Below, piece after piece: positions 35,443 to 43,750 of a stretch of 64,000 nt of DNA (position 1 is its first letter; every line of letters begins with the position of its first letter). The DNA is from Candidatus Micrarchaeota archaeon. Its GTDB lineage: Archaea; Micrarchaeota; Micrarchaeia; Micrarchaeales; CABMGC01. The position numbers and the translations under genes were made by a program. The notes below the pieces were generated by a model that saw only the letters and a list, made by a program, of their open reading frames with translations, made no database searches and was not told the DNA's origin. The stretch lies in contig DAHXMA010000012.1 in NCBI GenBank assembly GCA_027365725.1, positions 50,488 to 114,487 of the forward strand, read 5' to 3'.

Positions 35443-37182
35443 TTACCTTTTCCTTAACACAAGCCTCAGCACAACAAAAACGGCAAGTACAACTATTAAA
35501 TACACCAGATATTGCAAAATAACTTGAAGTTGCAATCCTATTTGGCCCAAATTAAAAGAGACCGCCCCACCAGGGTTAATAACATATGCTGCCGTTGTTG
35601 CCGGCGCCGTGTAAGTAGAAGAGTTAGATATATATTGCGCTGAAGAGTTTATTTCGTTGCTTGAAAACATTTGAACATACGGGTTTAATTTTCCTACAGT
35701 AACAAAAGCCCCGTCCCCGTTTTTAGATGCAGCGACCATAAGTCCGCCAGCAGTCTCCTTTGTATCTAACCCAAACGCAAAAGCAGAAGGAAAAGGCACA
35801 AGCCTGCCCTGGCTGTAATAATATAGCCACAAAAGAGCACCCATCCTATAAAATTTTGCCTCTGCGCCATTAGACGACCCACCAAAAACAAACTCCGCAT
35901 CATAATAATTTCCAGTCAAATTAGCTCCGGACGGAGTGAGGAAAAACGGAGAAACCAGTATACTTGAATTGTGATATCCTCTAAAAACCACCCTATCATA
36001 GTAAATCATGGGCTGCAACCCGGCCACACCATTTTTCATGATTTGATATCCAAAAGACACCACAGTACCGTTATATGTGTTGTTTTCGGTTACGACCAGT
36101 TTCAACTTCAGCGGCAAAGAATAATCAATAAAACCGACCGGATAAGAATAAGCATAAAACTGTTGTCCAAAACAGTCACTACACACGCTTAAATTACCTT
36201 CCCCATAAAGACTACCCGAAGCCACGCTGGCATACGGCAACGTATTATTCCATATATTGTCTACAAGATAAAATCTATCCGAACTTGTGTTAAAATCAGC
36301 AACGTTTTGAAGCCAAAAAACCTGCTCCCTTCCGTTTGTTTTTGTCTGCATTTCCACATTAAGCTGCAAGCCGTCTCCAAACTCAGACCCATTTTGCAAT
36401 AAGCCCGTATTGTTTGCATACATGGAAGTAATATTTGCAACACCAACAACCCCGCTTGTATTTATCTGGTAAGCAAACATATGTCCCTGTTTATCATACA
36501 GCCCATAACTTGCAACACCTATCGGATTGGAGTAATTAGACACATACTCAAACGGATTTATCAACGTGCTTGTATTTGAAATTCCCAGCAAAACAGTTTC
36601 AGGAAATTCTGAAGAAAGATAAACAGACTGATTCCCACGGTTCAAAGTAAAATTCAAAAACTCAAGATTCGCACTACCGTTCAAATATACTGGCTGCCCA
36701 GAAACATTTACCACCGTGTGGTCCTGCCGAAAGCCGCTATCAGAAAGCACGGTTATGTTAACCACGCTGTAATTATTAAGACCAAAAAAATAGGCGTGCG
36801 TTCCACCCGGACTTATAATACGAGCATCCGTGGTGTTGAACGGCGTCGCCCCAGCATAAATAACCACACCATCAGCAGCATAAAAAATCACAGTGTATTT
36901 TCCAGGTTCAGCCCCTATTTCATAAATTCCAGTTCCAACGCTTTTATTATACACTTCATATACTGGATTTCCTTGCTCCCAAGAGCTAAATTCGGAAGAA
37001 GGCACAACAACCAGATCAACATTTGAACTAGAATTAATCCCAACAAAAATGCTCGATCCTCTGCCCACAGTAAGGTTGTAATATATAAAATAACCTGCGT
37101 TCAGGCTTTGTTGTGCATATGCTACTCCTGCAAAAACAAGCACACAAAAAACCATAAACACAGAAATTTTTAGCCAAGACAT
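35443..37182 (-). CDS. Thermopsin-family (peptidase A5) extracellular protein with signal peptide and C-terminal TM anchor
   Basis: NPIGVASYGLY, LQLNVEM...VFWLQNVADFNTSSDRFYLVDNIWNNT, YYDAEFVFGGSSNGAEAKF and FGLDTKETA parallel the Sulfolobus thermopsin blocks as I recall them. Signal peptide MSWLKISVFMVFCVLVFAGVAYA from ATG 37182 (ORF-track TTG at 37200). C-terminal helix LVYLIVVLAVFVVLRLVL. Confidence 0.75.
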   Translation of the reverse strand: MSWLKISVFMVFCVLVFAGVAYAQQSLNAGYFIYYNLTVGRGSSIFVGINSSSNVDLVVVPSSEFSSWEQGNPVYEVYNKSVGTGIYEIGAEPGKYTVIFYAADGVVIYAGATPFNTTDARIISPGGTHAYFFGLNNYSVVNITVLSDSGFRQDHTVVNVSGQPVYLNGSANLEFLNFTLNRGNQSVYLSSEFPETVLLGISNTSTLINPFEYVSNYSNPIGVASYGLYDKQGHMFAYQINTSGVVGVANITSMYANNTGLLQNGSEFGDGLQLNVEMQTKTNGREQVFWLQNVADFNTSSDRFYLVDNIWNNTLPYASVASGSLYGEGNLSVCSDCFGQQFYAYSYPVGFIDYSLPLKLKLVVTENNTYNGTVVSFGYQIMKNGVAGLQPMIYYDRVVFRGYHNSSILVSPFFLTPSGANLTGNYYDAEFVFGGSSNGAEAKFYRMGALLWLYYYSQGRLVPFPSAFAFGLDTKETAGGLMVAASKNGDGAFVTVGKLNPYVQMFSSNEINSSAQYISNSSTYTAPATTAAYVINPGGAVSFNLGQIGLQLQVILQYLVYLIVVLAVFVVLRLVLRKR

Positions 37183-37218
37183 ATAAAATATATTTACCAA
37201 TCAATTAAATAAATATGG

Positions 37219-37303
37219 GCGCCAGTAGTCTAGCCTGGCAGGACTTCGCCTTCCCAAAAATTGGAAAAAGGCGAAAACCCGGGTTCAAATCCCGGCTGGC
37301 GCA
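37219..37303 (+). tRNA. tRNA-Gly (anticodon CCC) with 12-nt intron at canonical position 37/38
   Basis: Acceptor GCGCCAG/CTGGCGC + A, D-arm GTCT-AGCCTGGCA-GGAC, anticodon stem TCGCC/GGCGA enclosing 19 nt. Fold: TTCC/GGAA 4-bp helix flanked by 3-nt bulges CAA and AAA. Removing 37257-37268 gives loop TTCCCAA. T-arm CCGGG-TTCAAAT-CCCGG. An AT-rich TATA-like stretch lies at 37183-37195. Confidence 0.8.
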
Positions 37304-37372
37304 TTTATCATCATCATCCAACAAGCAGTTATATAATCTAAAGCATCAAATAATAAAATCAAGGCCGATTTT

Positions 37373-38284
37373 ATGGCAAACAATCAATATACCTGGTTTG
37401 ATGGTAAGTATATACCAACGGAAGAAGCAAAAGTCAGTATACTGACACATTCTCTGCAATACGGCAGCGGCATTTTTGAAGGCATAAGGGCATACGACAC
37501 CCCCAAAGGCCCAGCGATATTCCGGCTTCAAGACCACATCAAACGTTTCTTTGACACGGCGAAAATATACCGAATCAACTTAAAATTTACTAGAGCAGAG
37601 ATAGAGAAAGCGACAACAGAGCTGCTAAGGCGCAATAAACTTGCCGACGCCTATATCCGCCCATTCGCGTTTTATAACAGTGTGGGTATAGGATTCAGTA
37701 CGGAAGGAAAACCAATAAGCGTTACAATATCTGCGGTTCCTTTCGGAAGCCTCTTCGGAGACAAAAAGGAGCTCAGATGCAAGATATCTTCATGGCACAG
37801 AATAAACTCTTCGATACTTCCGGCTGGCGCAAAGGCAAGCGGGAATTATATAAACTCCATATTGGCTTCAAAGGAGGCCAAAGACTCCGGGTATGACGAA
37901 GCAATACTGTTTTCCAATTCAGGCAAGACCCTGGCAGAAGGCCCAGGGGAAAACATCTTTATTGTAAAAAACGGAATCTTGATAACCCCTCCCGAATCCG
38001 CAGACATACTAATAGGCATAACACGGGATACTGTAATACAAATAGCAAAGGCAAAAGGCATAATGGTAATTGAACGCGACATAAGAAGGGAAGAGATGTA
38101 TACTTGCGACGAAGCCTTTTTTTCAGGCACAGCTGCAGGAATAACTTCAATAATATCTGTCGACTCTGTAGATATCGGAGATGGGAAAAAAGGGCCAATA
38201 ACCTCCAAAATAGCCACAGAATACAAAATGATAGTAAGCGGCAAAGACCACAGCCACTCCGGCTGGCTCACTTTTGTTAAATAA
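37373..38284 (+). CDS. ilvE: Branched-chain amino acid aminotransferase (class IV)
   Basis: WFDGKYIPTEEAKVSILTHSLQYGSGIFEGIRAY...FRLQDHIKRF...TRD is typical of IlvE. Confidence 0.85.
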   Translation: MANNQYTWFDGKYIPTEEAKVSILTHSLQYGSGIFEGIRAYDTPKGPAIFRLQDHIKRFFDTAKIYRINLKFTRAEIEKATTELLRRNKLADAYIRPFAFYNSVGIGFSTEGKPISVTISAVPFGSLFGDKKELRCKISSWHRINSSILPAGAKASGNYINSILASKEAKDSGYDEAILFSNSGKTLAEGPGENIFIVKNGILITPPESADILIGITRDTVIQIAKAKGIMVIERDIRREEMYTCDEAFFSGTAAGITSIISVDSVDIGDGKKGPITSKIATEYKMIVSGKDHSHSGWLTFVK

Positions 38285-38302
38285 ATTCAACGCCCAACAA
38301 CA

Positions 38303-39946
38303 TTAGGTACTTGTAAGGCTTTCTTCTGCGAGGAGCTGGCCAGAGCCATATATTTGCCTTCTTGGAGCCGTAAACTGCGCAATGCCCCAAAACACAACCG
38401 CATAAGCAGCAACAGCTACCATATCATATGGAAACTGCACAAGTCCCACACCGCCCGTACCACTTCCGCCAGCATACGAAAGTCCGATCAGGCCAATAAC
38501 AAACAAAGGTATCCATACAGAATGCTTCAGGCCAAGGTTCCTCCACCCTGACCGGTTAGCCTGATAAATATAAAACACGCTGCCTATCAGTGTAGCTCCC
38601 AAAGCATAAAGCGTTGTTGGATATGTTGCCCAGTATATGAGGAGTGTTGACATAACAAACGCAACAAGCGACCACGCATTCACATACGGTATCCTAAACG
38701 GCCTTTTAATTTCCGGGTAAAGGCGTCTCAAGGCTGGCAGAGAAGCCGAAACAAGAGCAAAATTAACTACAGCGGCAACAACTACGAAATCCACAAGCGA
38801 GTACCACGATGGAAGAGGGATTATGAACACTACGGCAAGCACTGCAGCAAGCGCCAGAGACCACACCGGAACACCATCTCTATTCACTTTAGAAAAAATC
38901 CTTGGAAATGCGTTTTCCTTTGAGAAACCAAATATTATCCTAGCCGCCCCTGTCAGATAAACTCCAAAAGTGCCGAAAGGCGAAAAAATAGCAAAAAGCA
39001 AAGCAAGAACAACAAGCGCACCAAGGGCAGAAGCCGCAAACGCAGAAACCGTGCCCGCCCCCACATGCATAAGGTCGGCAAGAGGCGAGCTTAGTGCACT
39101 AACGCTGCTCCAAGTTCCCGGTGCAACACCAAGTGCGCTCCAGCTTACCGCACCAACAATAACAATAGCCATAAGCACATAGAACACGCTTTGGACTAAA
39201 AGCGTTGTCCCTATAGCAAGGGGCACGTTCTTCTTTGGATTTTTCATTTCCCCAGCCATATCTGCAACCTGCCTATATCCACCAAAAGAGAACAATATCC
39301 CAGTAGCCGGTATCGCTATAAGCACTCCTGCCCATCCATAAGGAACAAAGCCAGTACTTGTAAAATTACTTGAATGGAACAAGAATAGCGGGACAAGCAC
39401 TATGAATAATATAACTGCCGCTATTTTTAGATATGTCAACCATGAGTTAAATCTACCGAATTTAGAAACCCCCATCAAATTCAGTATTGCAAAGAAAATA
39501 GTTATTATTATAGCAACAATTACTCCCAAAGGCGTAAGGAGGCCGATGCCACCAACCACATGATATAAGCTAGGTATCCAGTACGACGCATACTGCGCAA
39601 CAGCAACGCCCTCTATTGCTGGTATTATTGCGGACCAAAGGAACAGCGCCCAACCAGATAAGAACCCGCCGTAGCTTCCATACACATAATACCCTATCCT
39701 TGCGCTTATGCCGCCCTTAGGCACCATCGATGCAATCTCTGCATAAGGCACCGTTATAAAGGCTATCATTATTGCTGCTATTATCCACGACACTATAACT
39801 GCGGGCCCTGCGTATGCCGTCCCGCCAGCAGCCGCAAAAAGTATTCCAGAACCTATGGCTCCGCCTATCCCTATTAATGCCGCATCCCTTAAGGTAAGCG
39901 CCCTTTTAAGCCCATGCCTTATAGCATTTACTCTACGCGCAGCCAT
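38303..39946 (-). CDS. APC-superfamily amino acid/polyamine permease
   Basis: 547 aa with about 12+ hydrophobic helices. N-terminal LTLRDAALIGIGGAIGSGILFAAAG is typical of APC transporters. Confidence 0.8.
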   Translation of the reverse strand: MAARRVNAIRHGLKRALTLRDAALIGIGGAIGSGILFAAAGGTAYAGPAVIVSWIIAAIMIAFITVPYAEIASMVPKGGISARIGYYVYGSYGGFLSGWALFLWSAIIPAIEGVAVAQYASYWIPSLYHVVGGIGLLTPLGVIVAIIITIFFAILNLMGVSKFGRFNSWLTYLKIAAVILFIVLVPLFLFHSSNFTSTGFVPYGWAGVLIAIPATGILFSFGGYRQVADMAGEMKNPKKNVPLAIGTTLLVQSVFYVLMAIVIVGAVSWSALGVAPGTWSSVSALSSPLADLMHVGAGTVSAFAASALGALVVLALLFAIFSPFGTFGVYLTGAARIIFGFSKENAFPRIFSKVNRDGVPVWSLALAAVLAVVFIIPLPSWYSLVDFVVVAAVVNFALVSASLPALRRLYPEIKRPFRIPYVNAWSLVAFVMSTLLIYWATYPTTLYALGATLIGSVFYIYQANRSGWRNLGLKHSVWIPLFVIGLIGLSYAGGSGTGGVGLVQFPYDMVAVAAYAVVFWGIAQFTAPRRQIYGSGQLLAEESLTST

Positions 39947-40172
39947 CCGAAGCCCTTTTCATACCCGATAAACTTTGCTCATGAGTATTTATATTACTTT
40001 TCAACAAGAAATTTCATTACAAAATCGCTATTTCTATTACCGAAACGCCAAAAATCATCCAGCCAAACAGAACAAATCAAAGCACAACGGACAATCAAAA
40101 AGCTGTCTATGCGATTTCGTGATCAGGCCCGGTTTTGTACCATGGCCTGCGCTTGCAATCGAAAATTTGGTT

Positions 40173-40247
40173 TGCTCCCATCGGGATTTGAACCCGAGTT
40201 GCGGGGTTGAAAGCCCCACGTCCTTGGCCGGACTAGACGATAGGAGC
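40173..40247 (-). tRNA. tRNA-Glu (anticodon UUC)
   Basis: GCTCCTA/TGGGAGC acceptor, D-arm GTCT-AGTCCGGCCA-AGGAC, anticodon stem TGGGG/CCCCG, loop CTTTCAA, T-arm TCGGG-TTCAAAT-CCCGA. CCA is not encoded. Confidence 0.9.
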
Positions 40248-40820
40248 ATGCCAGCTGTTAACTATTGAAAATACCTCTTCTTTAATTGCATCTATGCTCT
40301 TTGTACCATCTATTATATTGCTTTTGTATTCCAGCGCAAGCTTTTTGTACATCTTCCTTGTATCCTCCAGGAACCTTATCCGCTCGAAATAAGCTTTGCC
40401 TCTGCCACGCGCCTCTACCCTACCCATTGCTGTTTTCGGCTCTATGTCGAACACAAATGTAATATCCGGTTTTATGAACCTGTCATTTACATCGCGTAGC
40501 CACCTTTCATCCAGGCCGCTCGCCTTTCCGTAAGCTATTGTTGAGAAAAAATACCTGTCCGTTATCACCACCGCGCCTTGCTTCAACCTCGGTTTTATTA
40601 GATTCTCTACATGAAATGACCTGTCAGCCGCAAAAAGAAGCTGCACGGCCATGGGGTTTATTTTCTTCTTCTTTATAAGCTTCTTTATAAAATTTCCTAT
40701 GTCGCCCTGTGTTGGCTCCCTAGTCAAGACGCAGTCTTGCTTAGCCGACAGCTCATTGAAAAGCAGCTTCGCTTGGGTTGATTTCCCAGAGCCGTCTATT
40801 CCCTCAAAAGATATGAACAT
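40233..40820 (-). CDS. tmk: Thymidylate kinase
   Basis: MFISFEGIDGSGKSTQAKLL... with a DRY-like region (ITDRYFFSTIAYG). The last 15 nt overlap the 5' end of tRNA-Glu. Confidence 0.85.
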   Translation of the reverse strand: MFISFEGIDGSGKSTQAKLLFNELSAKQDCVLTREPTQGDIGNFIKKLIKKKKINPMAVQLLFAADRSFHVENLIKPRLKQGAVVITDRYFFSTIAYGKASGLDERWLRDVNDRFIKPDITFVFDIEPKTAMGRVEARGRGKAYFERIRFLEDTRKMYKKLALEYKSNIIDGTKSIDAIKEEVFSIVNSWHAPIV

Positions 40821-40882
40821 ATTTAAACAATTGGCTTGAAAGGTATTTTAATATTTAACATCAAGATAAAATCGTTGAGCAA

Positions 40883-41419
40883 ATGATACTTTCTGATTTT
40901 GACCTTGAAAGCATGATAAAGGAGAAGAGGCTTGTTATTAAGCCGTTCGCAAAGGAGATAATACGGGAGAATGGCCTTGACCTACGGCTGTCCGACCAGG
41001 TTGCAAGGCACAACCCAGGACGCGACACAGGATTTTTAATAGACCCCTCAGATCCCAGCACGCTAAAGGATGAGTACGTACTGGAAAGGATGCCAAAGGG
41101 CATAATAGTAAACCCCGGCACACAGGTCCTTTTATCAACAATAGAGTTTGTTGGCCTTCCAGACAATCTAGTTGGCTTCGTGGAGCTGAGAAGCACATGG
41201 GCAAGGCACGGTTTGTTTGTCCCTCCAACAATAATAGATGCAGGGTTCTCCGGCACAATAACGCTAGAGGTATTCAACAGCAGCAGATTCCCCATACTTC
41301 TAAGGCCCAAGGTAAGGTTTGCGCACGTGATATTTGCAACCACGCTCAATCGTGTAAGGAATGCCTATAGTGGAACATACCTTAACCAAAAAGGAGTGTT
41401 CCTTCCAAAGAAGCTCTGA
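40883..41419 (+). CDS. dcd: dCTP deaminase (dUTPase superfamily)
   Basis: MILSDFDLESMIKEKRLVIKPF...GLDLRL...GFVELRSTWARHGL...IDAGFSGTITLE. Confidence 0.85.
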   Translation: MILSDFDLESMIKEKRLVIKPFAKEIIRENGLDLRLSDQVARHNPGRDTGFLIDPSDPSTLKDEYVLERMPKGIIVNPGTQVLLSTIEFVGLPDNLVGFVELRSTWARHGLFVPPTIIDAGFSGTITLEVFNSSRFPILLRPKVRFAHVIFATTLNRVRNAYSGTYLNQKGVFLPKKL

Positions 41420-41426
41420 AAAAAGC

Positions 41427-41705
41427 CTACCTTGCCAGATCGTCCACTTCGTCCTTCCTTGCCTCCTGCGAAGTCACCAGCGGAGAAGAAACAAGCACAA
41501 CATCGCTCACATTCTTTACGTTCTTATACAGTATGCTCTTGTTTTTTAGGACCATCTTTGAATCCCCCTTCGCGGTTTTCCAAGGCACCATAAGCAGCCT
41601 GCTCAGTTCGCCCCGCTCAAGGTCAATTATTATGTCTTGGACTTCGCCCAAGTACTGTCCAGCATCACTATATATATCCATACGATATATTTCAGAGAGT
41701 TTCAT
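41427..41705 (-). CDS. PRC-barrel domain protein (paralog of 1117-1368)
   Basis: MKLSEIYRMDIYSDAGQYLGEVQDIIIDLERGELSRLLM. Start taken at the internal ATG. The upstream ORF-track extension looks non-coding. Confidence 0.6.
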   Translation of the reverse strand: MKLSEIYRMDIYSDAGQYLGEVQDIIIDLERGELSRLLMVPWKTAKGDSKMVLKNKSILYKNVKNVSDVVLVSSPLVTSQEARKDEVDDLAR

Positions 41706-41902
41706 GATATTCGCCCTGATAGTAATTACGAATAAGCATTTATAAATCTTTTTAAACGTCGGTGAACTTCCACTTATACCCCATTTACAGGAAACCGGCC
41801 GCTTTAGCGCACAATACGGCAAAGAATGCCTTTTCAGCCATGCACGCACAAATATATAAAAATCCAAACACCAAACAAATATCTGGATATAGGCAAGATT
41901 GA

Positions 41903-42163
41903 ATGGTACAAGTACAAAAAATAAGCTATCTTCCAGCCGCAGAGGTGTTTGCAGTGCTAGGTGTCATATCTGGCGTCATAGGCGGCATTCTGATACTTAT
42001 ATCAGGAGCAGCAGTAGGGGGCATCGTTGGCGGCAGCGTTGGATTTCTGGGTTTTGCCCTTTCAATCGTGGCCGGCGCAATAGAGGGTTTCATAGGCGGA
42101 GCAGTATTTGCACTACTATACAACTTCGTCATAGTGCGCTTTATTAAACTCGAAGTAAACTAA
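41903..42163 (+). CDS. Small glycine-zipper membrane protein
   Basis: 86 aa, two hydrophobic segments packed with GxxxG/GG motifs (GVISGVIGGILILISGAAVGGIVGGSVGFLGFALSIVAGAIEGFIGGAVFALL). Confidence 0.45.
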   Translation: MVQVQKISYLPAAEVFAVLGVISGVIGGILILISGAAVGGIVGGSVGFLGFALSIVAGAIEGFIGGAVFALLYNFVIVRFIKLEVN

Positions 42164-42274
42164 TCCGAACTGTACCGCAACATGAGCCACCAGTATGTTT
42201 ATGGTACCAGCCGAGCACAGAAAAGACCAAATCATCACGCAAAATATATAAAATCCAAAAAACAAAACCAACAT

Positions 42275-42538
42275 ATGAAATTTAGCGAAAAACTTATAGC
42301 AAAGGCAATAAATTCAAAAACCACACATTTCCTTGACACGGTAAGAACAGGATGGAACAGCTACAGCTTCATATTCTATATCGGAGGCATATCCGCAATA
42401 CTGGGCGGAATATTCGGCCTTAGTGGCTGGCTTTCAATAATAGTAATCCTGTTTTTCTTCTACTTCGCAGGCAGGTTCATCCAAAGGCTTGAGGCAGAAA
42501 GGAGCGCGGCGCGCAAAAAGAAACACACAAGGCAATAA
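42275..42538 (+). CDS. Small membrane protein, hypothetical
   Basis: From the internal ATG (MKFSEKL...): two TM helices, then a basic tail (RSAARKKKHTRQ). The ORF-track start at 42182 is less plausible. Confidence 0.4.
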   Translation: MKFSEKLIAKAINSKTTHFLDTVRTGWNSYSFIFYIGGISAILGGIFGLSGWLSIIVILFFFYFAGRFIQRLEAERSAARKKKHTRQ

Positions 42539-42557
42539 TAGCTTTGGTCCCGGAGCA

Positions 42558-43724
42558 CTACGGCTGCATCCAGTCTATCTCATAATATTCGTTCGGGCTG
42601 CCCTTGAGCTTTATTTGCCTTACTCTATAGTAAGTAACTGACGTTTCCCTATCAGCTATTGCAAGTACAAGGTCAAGGCCTGCGTCATCCGCTGCCTTTA
42701 TCGCGTTTGCAAATTCATTACCACCAATATATTCCTCTTCGCTTAGGGACAGCATGGCAAATTTTGGCCTGTCCTTCTTCGGGTTGTCTGCATCGCTTCC
42801 CTGCCTATGGTACAATAAATAATCTATTGATGCAGTTGCAGGCTTAGTTCTACCCGGGACAGCCAGGATAAAAGTCTTCCTTACTGAATGCGCAACGCGT
42901 ATAACGCGCGCCCACTCGGATATTAATAGCTTAGAATTCTTTGGGAATACGTGTATAACATGCTTAGAATGAATCCAATCCTTCCCTTCAGCCCCTCCAC
43001 CAAAGGGCTTCGCTCCGGAGAAATATACGCGGAAATGGGTGCCGAATTTAAACCCAGTCTTTATTACATAGCCTCTCTCCCTCCAATCTGCGTAGACCCC
43101 GTATAACTTAGAAAAATCACTTCTCCTTGAGGAGGCTGCCACTATCACCCCCCCAACAGAGGTGTTCTTCAGTTTCAGCATCTTTCTTCGGCAAAGGAAA
43201 ACAGTTTCATAGGCATCAAGCTTATTCAGCCTGCCCCTATCTACGGCCTTATAGGACCCGTATTGGCCAAACCAGAAATCATCGTACAGCGCCTTCCCGG
43301 CTTTACTATCATCAACAATTGTTATAAGGTCTGACTTAAAGAATATTCCAGCTACCGAAAAACGCGGCATTTTCAAAGGAGTCATGGGATACTCCTTCTG
43401 CTGCCTTGCGCTGCCGCGCATGCCGTCTTTGGGCTCCACTATCACCAGCCCACGATCCCTCCAGTCCTTATATGTAAAGTATCTGGCAGCGAACTTTTTA
43501 GCCTTCAGAAAACCAGAAGCCATCTCGTTGAAACTTACCAACCCACGCTCAGACCGACATTCAGCATTCCTCACATCTATAAGGTAAAGCGCCTCTTCAG
43601 CCGTAAGCTCAACAGTCCCTCCCTCACGTTTCCTGCCAAAATATCCACGCATGGCAGCATCGACTCCGGCAGGATCCGATACAATGAACTTTCCTCCAGA
43701 ATAATATATATTTATCATTAACAT
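42558..43724 (-). CDS. endA: tRNA-splicing endonuclease, multi-unit (three-unit, epsilon-type-like) form
   Basis: Unit 1: EndA N-domain-like (GYFGRK...LTAEEALYLID...YFTYKDWRDRGLVI) without a catalytic C-domain. Unit 2: full unit with catalytic motifs (VYADWRERGYVIKTGFKFGTHFRVY, HSKHVIHV, SVRKTFILAV). Unit 3: an extra C-domain-like segment (LDLVLAIADRETSVTYYRVRQI). Confidence 0.8.
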   Translation of the reverse strand: MLMINIYYSGGKFIVSDPAGVDAAMRGYFGRKREGGTVELTAEEALYLIDVRNAECRSERGLVSFNEMASGFLKAKKFAARYFTYKDWRDRGLVIVEPKDGMRGSARQQKEYPMTPLKMPRFSVAGIFFKSDLITIVDDSKAGKALYDDFWFGQYGSYKAVDRGRLNKLDAYETVFLCRRKMLKLKNTSVGGVIVAASSRRSDFSKLYGVYADWRERGYVIKTGFKFGTHFRVYFSGAKPFGGGAEGKDWIHSKHVIHVFPKNSKLLISEWARVIRVAHSVRKTFILAVPGRTKPATASIDYLLYHRQGSDADNPKKDRPKFAMLSLSEEEYIGGNEFANAIKAADDAGLDLVLAIADRETSVTYYRVRQIKLKGSPNEYYEIDWMQP

Positions 43725-43750
43725 CCTTCTGCAAAACAGAGCAAAGCCAA

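Noticed and set aside
41765-41776. Recurrence of ACTTCCACT (the same 9-mer as the left arm of the 33040 inverted repeat) as a possible additional ORB-like site.
   Set aside because: A single 9-mer recurrence in 64 kb (both strands) is expected by chance, and there is no partner repeat or AT-rich element nearby.
42215-42262. GTGATGA on the minus strand in the spacer before 42275, as a possible C/D sRNA.
   Set aside because: The expected D' position reads CTGT rather than CTGA, and no C'/D pair follows.
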